The position numbers and the translations under genes were made by a program. The notes under the pieces are model-generated. The model was not told the origin of the DNA, did not search any database, and was given only the letters and a program-made list of their open reading frames with translations. A stretch of 64,000 nucleotides of DNA from Acidobacteriota bacterium (GTDB lineage Bacteria > Acidobacteriota > JAAYUB01). Location: contig JAXGLX010000002.1 in NCBI GenBank assembly GCA_040768985.1, forward strand, positions 1,856,637 through 1,920,636. The letters run 5' to 3'. Positions 50,964 to 61,554 of this stretch are shown here, piece by piece (within the stretch, counting starts at the first letter, position 1; each line of letters begins with the position of its first letter).

Positions 50964-51905
50964 CTAGCGGGCGACGAGTTCCAGCTTTTTCGTTTCCCAG
51001 GTGTATTGCTTGGGCTCCTTGCCGGGTATTTCGGCGCGCCTCAGTAGGACCACGGGAAATTTCGAACCGGGGGGCGTGTCGAGCGCCGAGAATTGGGACG
51101 CGTTGCGGATGGGGATCCCGTTGATCTGCTGGATGACATCCAGGGCCCGGATCCCGGCCTTGTCGGCGGGCCCGTCGATGGCCACGCTCGTGACCAGGAC
51201 ATATTCCACGCTGGTCTGCCCGAGGTCCTCCGCCTGCTCCGGCGTGAGGTTGTCCACGTATATACCGTAGCTGGGCATCGTGAGCTTCCGGCCGGTGGCC
51301 GCCAGGATGGAGGCCGTGGCGTCCATGAAGTCCCGCGCCGCGCTTTCGGCATCGAAGCAGAATACATAGACCGAGCCGGCGAACATCTTGACGCACCAGT
51401 GAAGCGTGCGGTTCCGCGGCAGCATCGTCCCGACGTTCGGGACGTACCACAGCTCCAAGCGGGTGATGGGTTCCAGCTTGAGCTTGTAAGTGGTCTTCCC
51501 CTCCCCGTCGCCGTTTTTCTGGTACCAGATCGTGTGGAATCGGAGTTCGTCCTTCTTGGGCTTCTTGCGGTCGAGCTTCACCTCGACGGTGTTGGCCAGC
51601 AGCACCGCGTTGTAGTTCTCGGGGATCAGGCAGGCCGGGTGGGACCGCTTGAACAGAGCGGTGAACTGCTCCAGGGTCAGTTGGGTTTTCGGCTCGTGCC
51701 AGAACCGTTGCTGGTCGCTCGGCGCCGGCCACACCTTCTTCTTGCCCGGGATGATGGTGATCTCCTGCTGCGCCAGCGCCGGCGAAGCGTCCGCTACGAG
51801 GCCGGCCAGACAGCACCCTGCGATCAGCCCGAGAAGCAGCATCATGCCGCTCCGCCGGCGGAGTCCCTTCCGATCCCCGCGACGAAGAGCTTGTCTCGCG
51901 TCCAT
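50964..51905 (-). CDS. Secreted PDZ-domain protein
   Basis: GPADKAGIRALDVIQQING. Confidence 0.75.
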   Translation of the reverse strand: MDARQALRRGDRKGLRRRSGMMLLLGLIAGCCLAGLVADASPALAQQEITIIPGKKKVWPAPSDQQRFWHEPKTQLTLEQFTALFKRSHPACLIPENYNAVLLANTVEVKLDRKKPKKDELRFHTIWYQKNGDGEGKTTYKLKLEPITRLELWYVPNVGTMLPRNRTLHWCVKMFAGSVYVFCFDAESAARDFMDATASILAATGRKLTMPSYGIYVDNLTPEQAEDLGQTSVEYVLVTSVAIDGPADKAGIRALDVIQQINGIPIRNASQFSALDTPPGSKFPVVLLRRAEIPGKEPKQYTWETKKLELVAR

Positions 51906-52060
51906 GGCACCTCCTGTTGCGACCGCCATCGATTCTCAGGTGAGCAGGTCCGGAACCGTAGATAACCGAATTGTAAATCCTGCCCGCCCCGTTTTTCAAC
52001 CCCCGGCTGCAGGTCGACAACCACGGCCGGGCGGGGCGGCAGGCCGGCACAGAGCCATCC

Positions 52061-52096
52061 AAAAAAAAGAAAAAGTCCCGCCGGATCGGCGGGACT
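52061..52096 (-). terminator. Rho-independent terminator
   Basis: AGTCCCGCCG-GAT-CGGCGGGACT stem followed by a long U tract on the minus strand. Confidence 0.8.
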
Positions 52097-52128
52097 CTGA
52101 TCGGTTCTGATCCGGTGCGGACGGGCGG

Positions 52129-52848
52129 CTATTTCTCGAACACCTTCTCCACGTCCTGGTACCGGGTGTGCATGGTCTCCAGGGCGGTGTCGATGACCTT
52201 CCAGTCCTCACCGGCCAGCGCCTGGTTCAGTTCGGCGGTGGCGGCGCCGAGCACCTTGAACGCCTCCTTCAGCGCCTCGGTCTTGGCTTCGAACCGCTTG
52301 GGGACGGCCGCGGTCTGGAGCACTTCGCACGCCTTGGCGAGTTCGGCGCCCGAGGCGCGCAGCGCCGCCAGGTCCTTGGCCGGCCACTGGTAGTGGTACA
52401 CCTGGTACAGCACCTGGTGGTAGGCGTCGAGCTCCTTCATCACCGGCCGGACCATGCGCACCAGCCCTTCGTAGCGGGCGTGCAGCTCCTCGGCGGCATC
52501 CAGACAGGGCTGGAGCTCCCCGCCGGCGACGGCCTGCTCGTACTTGGCCACCGCGGCGGCCATGGCCTGGACGCCGGCGTCCCACTTGGCCTGCTTGTCG
52601 CGCAGGATGCCGGGCAGCTTGGCTTTCTCCAACTCGGTCAGGTGCGCCCGGATCTGGGGCGACAGCTCCTTCATCAGGGCCAGGTCCTTGTTGGGCCAGG
52701 CGTTGTGCCACAGCGGGTAGATCACGTCGTGGAACGCGAACAGGGCGGGCACGTCGGACTTGACGTCCGACGGATCGGTGGGGATCGCCCACGCCGCCAG
52801 CATCAGCACGGCGACGAGGCCGAACAGCAGACGGGAACGCGTATTCAT
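52129..52848 (-). CDS. Secreted helical protein with internal duplication
   Basis: FHDVIYPLWH..EELHARYE / YHQVLYQVYH..ETMHTRYQ. Confidence 0.7.
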   Translation of the reverse strand: MNTRSRLLFGLVAVLMLAAWAIPTDPSDVKSDVPALFAFHDVIYPLWHNAWPNKDLALMKELSPQIRAHLTELEKAKLPGILRDKQAKWDAGVQAMAAAVAKYEQAVAGGELQPCLDAAEELHARYEGLVRMVRPVMKELDAYHQVLYQVYHYQWPAKDLAALRASGAELAKACEVLQTAAVPKRFEAKTEALKEAFKVLGAATAELNQALAGEDWKVIDTALETMHTRYQDVEKVFEK

Positions 52849-52993
52849 GAAGCCTCCAGAGGTTTGGTTTGCGGACCTGGATCTTGTGCGGCAGCCCTGC
52901 CGCCCGCCCATTCTAGCCGCCGCGGCCGGTTTGTCAAGGTTCCGGTCGGCGGCAGTCGCGGTTAAGATGCCCGGCCGGCGAAGAAAGACGGTC

Positions 52994-53482
52994 CTACTTG
53001 CGCGCCCGCTCCTCTTTTTCCCGCGCGAAGTCCTTCTCGGCGGCCCGCAGCACCCCCGGCGGGATGCCGGCTTTGCGGGCCAGTTCCTTGAAGTGCGCGA
53101 AATCGTCCTTGGCATCCCGCAAGCGCTGCATGTAGGCGTTGGATGCCAGGAGGCCCTGTTTGTTCCATTCCAGAACGCGGGTCTCCATCTCGTCGATCTG
53201 GGCCAGGTACCCCTTGAACTTCTTGAAGTAGAACTCCTCGTTGGCCGTCCGTTCCGGTCCGCCTGCAGCCGGCGTCATGGTGGTGCCGTCGTAGACGGGC
53301 GCGGCCGCAGGTTCCTTTTTGACCGATTTGAGGTGGTCGTTGGTGATGACCACCGTCGCCTTCTTCTCCTTCGAGTTTTTGCTCTTCCGGGCCACGTCGG
53401 CCACGCTCTGGCCGGACGCGCCGGCCGCCAGCAGCAGGACCAGCGCGGTCAGCGCCGTCGCCCGAAGGCGGGATCTGTTCAT
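52994..53482 (-). CDS. Secreted hypothetical protein
   Basis: Signal peptide; QSVADVARK..VITNDHL; AGGAGG RBS. Confidence 0.7.
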   Translation of the reverse strand: MNRSRLRATALTALVLLLAAGASGQSVADVARKSKNSKEKKATVVITNDHLKSVKKEPAAAPVYDGTTMTPAAGGPERTANEEFYFKKFKGYLAQIDEMETRVLEWNKQGLLASNAYMQRLRDAKDDFAHFKELARKAGIPPGVLRAAEKDFAREKEERARK

Positions 53483-53535
53483 CGCGGACCTCCTGGTTGC
53501 AGCCGTCGCCTCGGCGGACCGGGCACGCCGCCCCG

Positions 53536-54447
53536 TCACCGCGGCAGGGCCGGTTGCCGCTTCAATCGCACCCGGATGTCGAGTCGGGCGCCCTGGCGCG
53601 ACACAACGCCGAACTTTCCCGAATAGTCGGCGAACACCAGCGCCCTGTCCGACCCCTTCAGCACCTTCAGATACGGGTCGAGCTGGGCGACCAGCTTGCG
53701 GAACGCCTCCCGCGCCGCCGCCTCCGACGGGTAGTCGACGCGCATTCGGGTGTAGTCACCGCCCTCGCCGTCGTCGTACCGCGCCACCGCGGCGGTGGCC
53801 GTCCGGCCCAGGCTGAGGATGTTGCCGTCACCGAAGGTGAAGATGGGGCTCATGCCGTACGGGCCCCGGACCAGCCGCAGCGTGTCGGGGAGCTGCCCCT
53901 CGGCCGGCAGCCGCCTCAGCAGGGGCACGGTGGCGTCCGGCGGGAGCCGCCGGGCGATGGCCTGCCCGATCGCGGTCAGCACGGGCCGCAGTTCGCTGCC
54001 GCCGGCCAGGTTGTTGACGATCACCAGGTAGCGGTTCTGCTGGAGCATGAGCTGGTAGGCGTCCACGGTGTGCCGGGCCGGGATGCCGGGATCGCGCTGC
54101 TCCCGCCCGCACTTGGCCAGGTAGATGCCGGCGCCCGCGGCCGGATCGGTCATCCGGTACACCTCCACCGCCAGCTCCGCTGCGTCCTTGTGGAAATGCT
54201 GCAGGGTCAGGGCCTCGAAGCCGAACTCGAGGAACAGCTCGGCGCCCCCGTCGATGTAGTTGTACAACTCGCCGGGGCCGTACACCCGCTGGGTCCCGGC
54301 GCGGGTCCAGCCCGGCGCCGCGCCGTCAGGGGGGATCAGTCCGGGATCGCCGACGGCGCCGGCGGCCGCGGCCGCCAGCCAGAGGAGCGCGATGAGCGCG
54401 CCGACGGCCCGGCCGGAGCCGGGTCGTCGCTCGGTGCAGGTGCGCAT
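53536..54447 (-). CDS. DUF6599-like secreted protein
   Basis: LYNYIDGGAELFLEFGF. Confidence 0.7.
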   Translation of the reverse strand: MRTCTERRPGSGRAVGALIALLWLAAAAAGAVGDPGLIPPDGAAPGWTRAGTQRVYGPGELYNYIDGGAELFLEFGFEALTLQHFHKDAAELAVEVYRMTDPAAGAGIYLAKCGREQRDPGIPARHTVDAYQLMLQQNRYLVIVNNLAGGSELRPVLTAIGQAIARRLPPDATVPLLRRLPAEGQLPDTLRLVRGPYGMSPIFTFGDGNILSLGRTATAAVARYDDGEGGDYTRMRVDYPSEAAAREAFRKLVAQLDPYLKVLKGSDRALVFADYSGKFGVVSRQGARLDIRVRLKRQPALPR

Positions 54448-54478
54448 GGGTTCCACCTCCCGCGGACGCTGCCGCGGC

Positions 54479-55684
54479 TCAGAGTTTCACGTACTGGATC
54501 CGGGCCGGATCGGCCACGCCCAGCCCCAGTTTCTCCGCGTAGTGGAGATACTCCGTGTACCGGGGATGTTCGTTGACCGCCACGCCGGCCGCCTTCCGCT
54601 TCTCCACCATGTGCCGGTGCCCGATCATGTCCAGGGCGAAGGGATCGGTGGCGAAGTAGAGCGAGTGCCACGGGTAGACGAACTTGGCGTTCATCATGGG
54701 CCCGTCGTCGTACTGGCCCCGGATGCCGTCGATGATTGAGAGCACCATCTTGTCCCGCACCCACGGCGCGGCGCACACCTCGGTGTTCACCCGGAAGAAG
54801 AGCGGGGCGTGCAGCCGGCCGGTGTTGCAGACGGCGCCGTAGCCGATGTTCTTGGTGACCATGGAGACGCCGTTGCCGGTGTTCTTGAACACGGCGATGT
54901 TGATGATCTTGGTGAGCTTTTCGGTGAGCAGCTTGCCGAAGTAGCTGTACTCGCCGGCGAAGACGTGCTGGTTGAGGTAGAACTCGTCGTCCTTGTAGCC
55001 GCGCACCGCCTTCCCCTCGACCCCCCTGGCGAAGTAGAACGCCTTCGGGTCGAAGTTGGCCTCGCTGACATGGTGGCCCGCCGCGTCGCGCCACTTGGTC
55101 CCTTCTTCGTCCATGGTCTGCAGGCCCACGATGCCGATGCCGGGGAAGCGTTCGGGGGTGTACCGGGCCTCCGTCAGCATGAGATCGAAGCGGTCCCAGA
55201 TGACGATCCGTTCCCGCGGCAGTCCGTTGGCGGTGAGCCACTCGATCACGGCGTCCACCACCTCGTGGCGGGTGTTGATGAGGGGATAGCCCACCGGGTT
55301 GATCTTGATGCCCACGACGTCATCGGGATTGAAGAGCAGCTTGAAGCTGGCCGGCATGTCCTGGCCGGTGAGCCCGGTGATGCCTCGCTGCACCATCTGC
55401 CTGACCACCTCGGCCACCGGCTGGTCGTTGGCCAGGCAGGCGGGATCGGTCACATGGACCACCTTGCCGGGGAAGGGCCCGGGCAACGACCACGGCTTTT
55501 TGGGCACGGCCATGAACTCGGCGATGTTCGTCTCGACTTCCGCCGGCGGCGGCGTCCCCTGGCCGAATGACGGCCGGCCCAGCACCAGCCCGCCGGCGGC
55601 CGCCGAACCGACGCCCAGCGCCTTGACGAATGTCCGCCGCGACAGGCCGCGGTCCGTCGCCCGTCCGTTGTCACGTCCGCTCAT
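54479..55684 (-). CDS. Tat-exported DUF362 domain protein
   Basis: SRRTFVK Tat signal; VVGIKIN, IWDR, TDPFALD. Confidence 0.8.
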   Translation of the reverse strand: MSGRDNGRATDRGLSRRTFVKALGVGSAAAGGLVLGRPSFGQGTPPPAEVETNIAEFMAVPKKPWSLPGPFPGKVVHVTDPACLANDQPVAEVVRQMVQRGITGLTGQDMPASFKLLFNPDDVVGIKINPVGYPLINTRHEVVDAVIEWLTANGLPRERIVIWDRFDLMLTEARYTPERFPGIGIVGLQTMDEEGTKWRDAAGHHVSEANFDPKAFYFARGVEGKAVRGYKDDEFYLNQHVFAGEYSYFGKLLTEKLTKIINIAVFKNTGNGVSMVTKNIGYGAVCNTGRLHAPLFFRVNTEVCAAPWVRDKMVLSIIDGIRGQYDDGPMMNAKFVYPWHSLYFATDPFALDMIGHRHMVEKRKAAGVAVNEHPRYTEYLHYAEKLGLGVADPARIQYVKL

Positions 55685-55783
55685 GATTGGATGTCCTCCT
55701 CGAAATGAATGCGCGCCCGGTCCGTGACCGGCTCAATCTTTGTACGCAGAAATTCGCGGCCGGGTTCGCGCCGCCGTCCGCGC

Positions 55784-56470
55784 TCAGGCGGGTGGCGCCG
55801 CGGCCGGCGGTCCGCCGGCCGGCGGCGCGGCCAGGTCCTGCCGGCACGACGGGCAGACCACCGCCCCCGACCGGATGAGCTCACCGCACTTGGGGCACGG
55901 CACCCGCCACTCGGTCCCGCGCACGGCCAGCCAGACGCCGGCCAGGACGACCCCGAGGAGCAGCAGGGCCGCGGCCACCGGCACCAGCACGGCCGCCAGC
56001 CCCACCACGCCCGAAAAGCCCGCCTCGCCCAAACTGAACACCTTGCTCAGCCCGTCGTGGACGCCGCCGGTGAGCTCCCGCACCGGCCGGCGGATCCGGT
56101 TGCGCAGGTAGTGCACGCCGGTGGCAGTGGCTCCGCCCAACAGCCCCGAGGCGCCGAGTTCCACCAGGCTCTGGTCCAGCGAGCCCACCACGGCGGCGAA
56201 CGCGATGAAGCCGGCGATGAGCTTCGGCAGGTAGGCGGCCAGGTCGGAGTACTCGCCCAGGTCGGGGTGGGCGTCGATCCAGATTTCGAACACGATGAGG
56301 ACGCCCAGGATCACCAGGACCGTGGGGTCGGCCATCCAGCGGAAGGCGGCCGAGAGCTCGAAGTATTTCGTGTGGTGGAGCAGGCCCAGCAGGAAGACGG
56401 GCACGAATGCCTTGGCGCCCGCGCCGCCGGCCACTCCGAACGCGGTCAGGTATTCCAGCACGTTGGTCAC
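55784..56470 (-). CDS. DUF4126 membrane protein with C-terminal zinc ribbon
   Basis: Multiple TM helices; CPKCGE..AVVCPSC. Confidence 0.7.
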   Translation of the reverse strand: MTNVLEYLTAFGVAGGAGAKAFVPVFLLGLLHHTKYFELSAAFRWMADPTVLVILGVLIVFEIWIDAHPDLGEYSDLAAYLPKLIAGFIAFAAVVGSLDQSLVELGASGLLGGATATGVHYLRNRIRRPVRELTGGVHDGLSKVFSLGEAGFSGVVGLAAVLVPVAAALLLLGVVLAGVWLAVRGTEWRVPCPKCGELIRSGAVVCPSCRQDLAAPPAGGPPAAAPPA

Positions 56471-56539
56471 GGCGTCACCTCCCGGGCCAGGATGCTGCCG
56501 GCATGGTTTGGCGCGGATCCATTATATAACCGCAAGCGG

Positions 56540-56885
56540 GGATCGTGATTGTAAACGTGATCGTAATCGCAATCGTGATCGTAATCGCAATCGTGATCGC
56601 AATCGTGATCGCAATCGCAATCGAGGCTCGAGACTCGAGGCTCGTTCCTGGAACGCGGACATCGGACGTCGGAAATCGGAAATCGGAAATCGGACCTGGG
56701 ACCTGGGTTCTGGGCCCTGGATCACAGAACCCAGATCCACGTACCCATTCACCCATTTACCCATTCACCCATTTACCCATTCACAATTCGAAATGCTCAA
56801 TGACAAATGAAAAATGAAAGATGATCAATGTAAGACTCCTCTCCCGATTCACCTATTCACCTATTCACCCATTCACCTATTCACC
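56540..56885. repeat. Modular repeat array
   Basis: (CGYRAT)n, (CTCGAGR)n, (CGGAAAT)n, (GGACCTG)n, (ATTCACCY)n, CAATGA-type block. Confidence 0.9.
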
Positions 56886-57717
56886 AGATCTTAATCCTAT
56901 AGCTCACCCCCGCGCTGAGCGATGTCTCGGAGACAAACATGCCCTGCACGGCGAACGACCAGCCGTCGCCGAGGTCCACCTCCACGCCCGGCAGCACGGC
57001 GAGGTTCTTCTCGCGGGTGGTCCTGCCGTCGTAAGCGACGGTGATTTCCGGATACGGGGCGTACACCCAGAGGCCGTCCAGGTCGAAGTGGGAGTGGCAG
57101 TAGCCCAGGCCGACATACGGCGCGAACCGTCCGACGGGCCAGACCAGGATTCCTGACGCGCTGGCCTGCCAGTACGTGACTGTGTCATCGGTCGCCCAAC
57201 CGAGTGATTCGGCGGAGCTGCCGTCGGGCGCGTAGACCCAGTCCCCGACATCGCGCGACGTGTAGCGGAGGTATTTCACCGCGGCGATGAGCTCGGGCCC
57301 CGCCGCATGCTTCCACAGCAGGGCCTTGCCGCCCACGTACCAGAGGAACCGACGCCCGACGGTTCCATCCCAGTCGTTGACGCCCGCCTCTTCGCTGAGC
57401 CATCGACCACGGCCCGTCAGGCCGAGGCCGGCGTTGACGTTGACGCGGTCGTGGAGTCCCAGCGCCAGGGTTACGAGGAATTGTTCATCGTCCTCGAATT
57501 TGGCATCCTTCACATCGGTGGCCGAGGAATCGTCCCAGTAGGTCCGGGCCAGTTCGTAGTGCTCGAAATCCTGGAGGAAAATAAATCCGGCCTGCAGCCC
57601 CACCCCCAGATGCCCCTTGGGCACCAGACGGACGGGATTGCCGACGTCCTGGGCGGCGGCGGCAGTCAGGCAGGCGGCACCGATCAGCAGCAACAGCAGG
57701 TGGTGTTTCACGGTCAT
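56881..57717 (-). CDS. Outer-membrane beta-barrel protein
   Basis: Signal peptide; alternating beta-strand pattern FAPYVGLGY, LSAGVSYRI; aromatic C-terminus. Confidence 0.7.
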   Translation of the reverse strand: MTVKHHLLLLLIGAACLTAAAAQDVGNPVRLVPKGHLGVGLQAGFIFLQDFEHYELARTYWDDSSATDVKDAKFEDDEQFLVTLALGLHDRVNVNAGLGLTGRGRWLSEEAGVNDWDGTVGRRFLWYVGGKALLWKHAAGPELIAAVKYLRYTSRDVGDWVYAPDGSSAESLGWATDDTVTYWQASASGILVWPVGRFAPYVGLGYCHSHFDLDGLWVYAPYPEITVAYDGRTTREKNLAVLPGVEVDLGDGWSFAVQGMFVSETSLSAGVSYRIKIW

Positions 57718-57734
57718 TCTCCTCTCGCGGATCC

Positions 57735-60700
57735 TCAATGGTGCGGGGGCAGGACGGTTTTCACGGCGTAGCCGTGCTTCGGCACCGTCAGCGCCTCATC
57801 CAGCAGGCCGTCCTGGGAGGTGGTCTGGCCCACCCGCCACCAGTTCACGGTGCAATCCGCGTCGTTGGGATTGCAGGCGACGACGGTGTAAAGTTTCTTG
57901 TCCGGATGGTAGAACACCGCCGCGGCCGGCTGGACCACCGCCTTCCCCTGGGCTTGAGAGGCGGCCACGGTCTTGGAGTAGCCGAAGTAAACGGGATCGG
58001 GGGATCCGTACTGGTCCAGCGCCCAGAAGAAGTTGATGAGCTCCACCGGCGTCTGGCGGTCGTCCAGGAAGTTGTTGGCCAGGTTGTTGCGCGACGCCTG
58101 CGTGCCGTCGCAGGTCATGGACCAGATCCACTGCCAGGGCGACAAGCCGTTCTGGCCCTTGAAATCCGGCCGGGGATCTTTGTAAATGGTGGACAGGCCC
58201 AGCAAAGCGCGCATCTGGTTCACCGAGGCCACGTAGGTCTTCAGGCCTGGGTTGCGCGAGTAGTCCCAGCCCTGGGAGGGGATGTCCTTCGTGTTCAGGA
58301 TCTCCAGGGCCGCCTTCTGGAAGGCGCTCCCCCGGACGAAATCGAGCGTATGGGCCGACTGCGGGATCCACCCGTTGTCGCGGGCGCCGAGCGGCATGGC
58401 GTCGCCGTACATCGACTGCTGGATCACCGCCGCCTGGTGAATCTTCATGCTCCAGGCCGTGTAGTTCGCCTTCGTCGCCGTCTCCGGCGTCACGCCCCAG
58501 TACCACCAGCCGGACCAGAAGGTGGTCCCGCGCGTCCAGTAGTTGCCGGCGCTGGGCCCGTCGCAGTTGGCGCTGGGCACCCAGTCGCCGCGGGCTGACC
58601 AGCGGGCTTCACCGGGGGTATAGGTCGGCGTGGAGTACATCTCCTCAGGCACCCGGATCTGGAGGTGGTCCGCCCAGTAGGCCTGGTAGTTGTAAAGCAT
58701 GGTGGTGGCCAGGTACAGCCCGAGGTCCGCCACCGCCTGCCGCCCGGTGGCCTGGCCCCACAGGACCATGGCGGCGAACATCTGGTACGCCTCGCCGAAG
58801 GCGTTGTCGTTCTTCCCCTCCCAGTCGGCGACACCCTGGGTGCCGCTGGCGGAGGGAACGCCGTCGGTCCACGGCTGCCCCAGCCACTGGTCGAAGTAGT
58901 TGAACTTGGTGTAAGTGAAGCCGTCCACGGTCCAGAACTTCTGCGTCGCCGGGATCTGCGCGCTGGCCTGCAGCCCGGGATCGTGGGCCACGGTCATGAC
59001 GAGCTGGTCGATCAGGGTGCCGAAGTGATCCTGGTGGAACATGTCGGTGTACGGATCGTCGGCCAGCGGGGCCTGCCAGGCCGCCTGGCTGGCGGCCATG
59101 GTGAGCCAGCCGTAGTTGTAGTGGTAGTCGGCGAAATGCGAGTTCAACTCGAAGGTGTCCTCCACCAGCCCGGCCAGGTCCGTCGGCTGGGCGATGTAGG
59201 CCAGCCCGCCCCCGGGACCCGCGCCGGTGTTCGCGCAGCCGCTGGGACACACCAGGGCGGTGTTGCCGGGGTAGTAGAGCACGGCGCCGAGATCGGCGTC
59301 GTACATGAAGAACACGGGACAATCCGGGTTCGCCTGGCCCGCCTGGGGGTTGCCGCCGGAGCCCCAGCGCATGGTCGCGCTCTCCCGGGTGGCCAGGTCG
59401 AAAAAGTCATGGATCCCCTGCATGGCGAATCCGAACATCTCCTTCCCGTCATAGGACGGCTTCGACGTGTAACCCCACTGCGGCCGGATGGCGCTGAAGG
59501 CGATGTCCGACGCGGGTTTGCCCACGTCCGCGGACGGCTGCTCGGCCAGCGCCTTCAGGATGGGCAGCGTGGCGGCGATCTTGCGCAGTTGCCCGCCCGA
59601 CTTGTACAGCCCGGCCTGGCCGCCGCCGTCCAGCTCGGTGAAGAGCGGCGGGTACATTTGCAATGCCGCGGTCCAGTCCCAGCAACTCATCCAGTTGATC
59701 ACTTCCCAGACGTGCTTCTTCGTCGTGCTCCCGGGCAGCGTTTCCTGTTCCCCTTCGGCGACGGGCGGCATGTACGGCAGGATGTGGGCCAGAACGTAGT
59801 TGGTTCCGAAGCTCTGGCCGTGAATGGCCTTGAGCGCACCGTGGGCGGTCCAGTACGGGTAGAAGCCATTGTGGACGGTGGGCATCCGCCCCCAGAAGGG
59901 GCCATGCTCGGCTGCCGGATTCACGGGTTTGATCTCCGCCGTGGCCATGTTGCCGGCGAACACCGCCCGGCCCTGGCCGTCGTTGAAATCGTCGTAGTGG
60001 TGGGGCATGAGGCAGAAGACTGTCTCGCTGCCGGCCGCTTCGCCCACGGGGCCGCGGTTGGCGGTGGCGGCGGTGTAGGTCGTGGCCAGAAGGCCCCGAT
60101 CGTGATGAATCGCGTAGGCCACCTGGGTATCCGTGACCGCGTTGAAGGCGAACGGAGCCAGCGCCACCGCCCAGGCGGCGGCGTTGGCGCGCGCCTCGTC
60201 GCGGGTGGGCGCGCGGGCATCGTCGTACGGGTACTCCACCAGGGGCAGGGCGGCGACGACGTAGTGCCACGCCGCTCCGGCCGGCAGGTCCGCCGCCGGC
60301 GACAGGAACACGCCCTGGCTCTCCGAAGTGCCCACCGTCTTGATCTGCGCGGGCACCGCCGTGGTGGTGCCCTTGTCGTAGAACACCGCCATGTACCGGT
60401 AGACGGTGATTTTCGGGTTGGTGCCCAGCGCGTCGGCACCGGCCAGCAGCATCTCCCGGATCTCGAGCAGGTAGCAGCCGAGACCGGCGTTCACCGCCGC
60501 CGTGCGGTCCCCCAGGTCGATGGCGGCGAGCTGCCGGGCCGCCAGGTTGTCGCCGCGCTTGACCACGAACTGCATGCCGTTGCCCGCCGTCCAGCCGGTG
60601 TGGGCGAACCAGGCGAAGGGCGAGCCCTGGGCCATGGTGAGCCGGATCGTCTCCGCGGTCTGTTTTGCCGCGGGCGCCCGCATCTTGGCGGACCGGCGGG

Positions 60701-61385
60701 CCTCGATCACCCGCCCGGCGCCGGGGGGCGGGGCCGGCCGTTCGAGGACCATCTCGATGTCCCAGTCGCCCATCCGGTCGGTCACGGCGTTGTCGGCGAG
60801 CCAGGCCGGCTCGGCGTCGGTGTTCGCGGTCGCGGGATACACCCGCATCAGCGGATAGAACGCGCCCCGGTGGACCATGCCGCGGGTGTGCTTCGTGTTG
60901 GGCCAGTGGTTGTAGGCGGGATTCTCCCAGGTCCCCAAGGTCCCCACCGGCGCGCCGAACTGGAGCCCGGGCCACTCGCCGTACGTCTGGGCCGTGGGAC
61001 GGGTGGTGTTGATGTATTTCAGACCGATGGGTCCGGCCAGCAGGGCGCCCTGGACGAGCTTGTCGGTGGCGTTGTGGTCCCCGTTGTTGTCCACCTTCTG
61101 GTAGTCGGTGACGTTGTTGCCCCACAGCATCCAGCCCGCCCACGAGTGCAGGCGGTCCACCCGCGTGCCGAAGTCGCCCGCCTCCTTCATGTTATCGGTG
61201 ACGGTCGCCGTGTCCACGAAGAACGGCTGCGGATTGATGTTGCGGCTCTTCTCCGGTTTAGTGTGGATGTAGGCGGAACCCGCTTTCACCGGATCCGCCG
61301 CGCGGGGGCCGCCGGCGAGCAGCGCGCACAGCACACCCAGGACGGCGGCTGCCTCCGAAACGCTCCGCAACGAATGACGGTTCAT
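57735..61385 (-). CDS. Large secreted divergent GH81 (endo-beta-1,3-glucanase-like) protein
   Basis: QGSPFAWF, ADYHYNYGW, FDQWLGQPWTDG and GKNDNAFGEA..LWGQATG..DLGLYL resemble GH81 motifs. Confidence 0.65.
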   Translation of the reverse strand: MNRHSLRSVSEAAAVLGVLCALLAGGPRAADPVKAGSAYIHTKPEKSRNINPQPFFVDTATVTDNMKEAGDFGTRVDRLHSWAGWMLWGNNVTDYQKVDNNGDHNATDKLVQGALLAGPIGLKYINTTRPTAQTYGEWPGLQFGAPVGTLGTWENPAYNHWPNTKHTRGMVHRGAFYPLMRVYPATANTDAEPAWLADNAVTDRMGDWDIEMVLERPAPPPGAGRVIEARRSAKMRAPAAKQTAETIRLTMAQGSPFAWFAHTGWTAGNGMQFVVKRGDNLAARQLAAIDLGDRTAAVNAGLGCYLLEIREMLLAGADALGTNPKITVYRYMAVFYDKGTTTAVPAQIKTVGTSESQGVFLSPAADLPAGAAWHYVVAALPLVEYPYDDARAPTRDEARANAAAWAVALAPFAFNAVTDTQVAYAIHHDRGLLATTYTAATANRGPVGEAAGSETVFCLMPHHYDDFNDGQGRAVFAGNMATAEIKPVNPAAEHGPFWGRMPTVHNGFYPYWTAHGALKAIHGQSFGTNYVLAHILPYMPPVAEGEQETLPGSTTKKHVWEVINWMSCWDWTAALQMYPPLFTELDGGGQAGLYKSGGQLRKIAATLPILKALAEQPSADVGKPASDIAFSAIRPQWGYTSKPSYDGKEMFGFAMQGIHDFFDLATRESATMRWGSGGNPQAGQANPDCPVFFMYDADLGAVLYYPGNTALVCPSGCANTGAGPGGGLAYIAQPTDLAGLVEDTFELNSHFADYHYNYGWLTMAASQAAWQAPLADDPYTDMFHQDHFGTLIDQLVMTVAHDPGLQASAQIPATQKFWTVDGFTYTKFNYFDQWLGQPWTDGVPSASGTQGVADWEGKNDNAFGEAYQMFAAMVLWGQATGRQAVADLGLYLATTMLYNYQAYWADHLQIRVPEEMYSTPTYTPGEARWSARGDWVPSANCDGPSAGNYWTRGTTFWSGWWYWGVTPETATKANYTAWSMKIHQAAVIQQSMYGDAMPLGARDNGWIPQSAHTLDFVRGSAFQKAALEILNTKDIPSQGWDYSRNPGLKTYVASVNQMRALLGLSTIYKDPRPDFKGQNGLSPWQWIWSMTCDGTQASRNNLANNFLDDRQTPVELINFFWALDQYGSPDPVYFGYSKTVAASQAQGKAVVQPAAAVFYHPDKKLYTVVACNPNDADCTVNWWRVGQTTSQDGLLDEALTVPKHGYAVKTVLPPHH

Positions 61386-61554
61386 GGATGTCTCCCGGAC
61401 CGAGCGTTAACTGACTGAAACAGCACCTGCTCAACATAGTGACTCGATCCCGGCCGGGATGTCAATTGGATTCCAAAAGGCGGGTGTGAGCGGGATCACG
61501 TAATTCGCCGAATCACCGGTGGGGGATGCCGGTCCGGGGAAAATCGAGGCTCAA

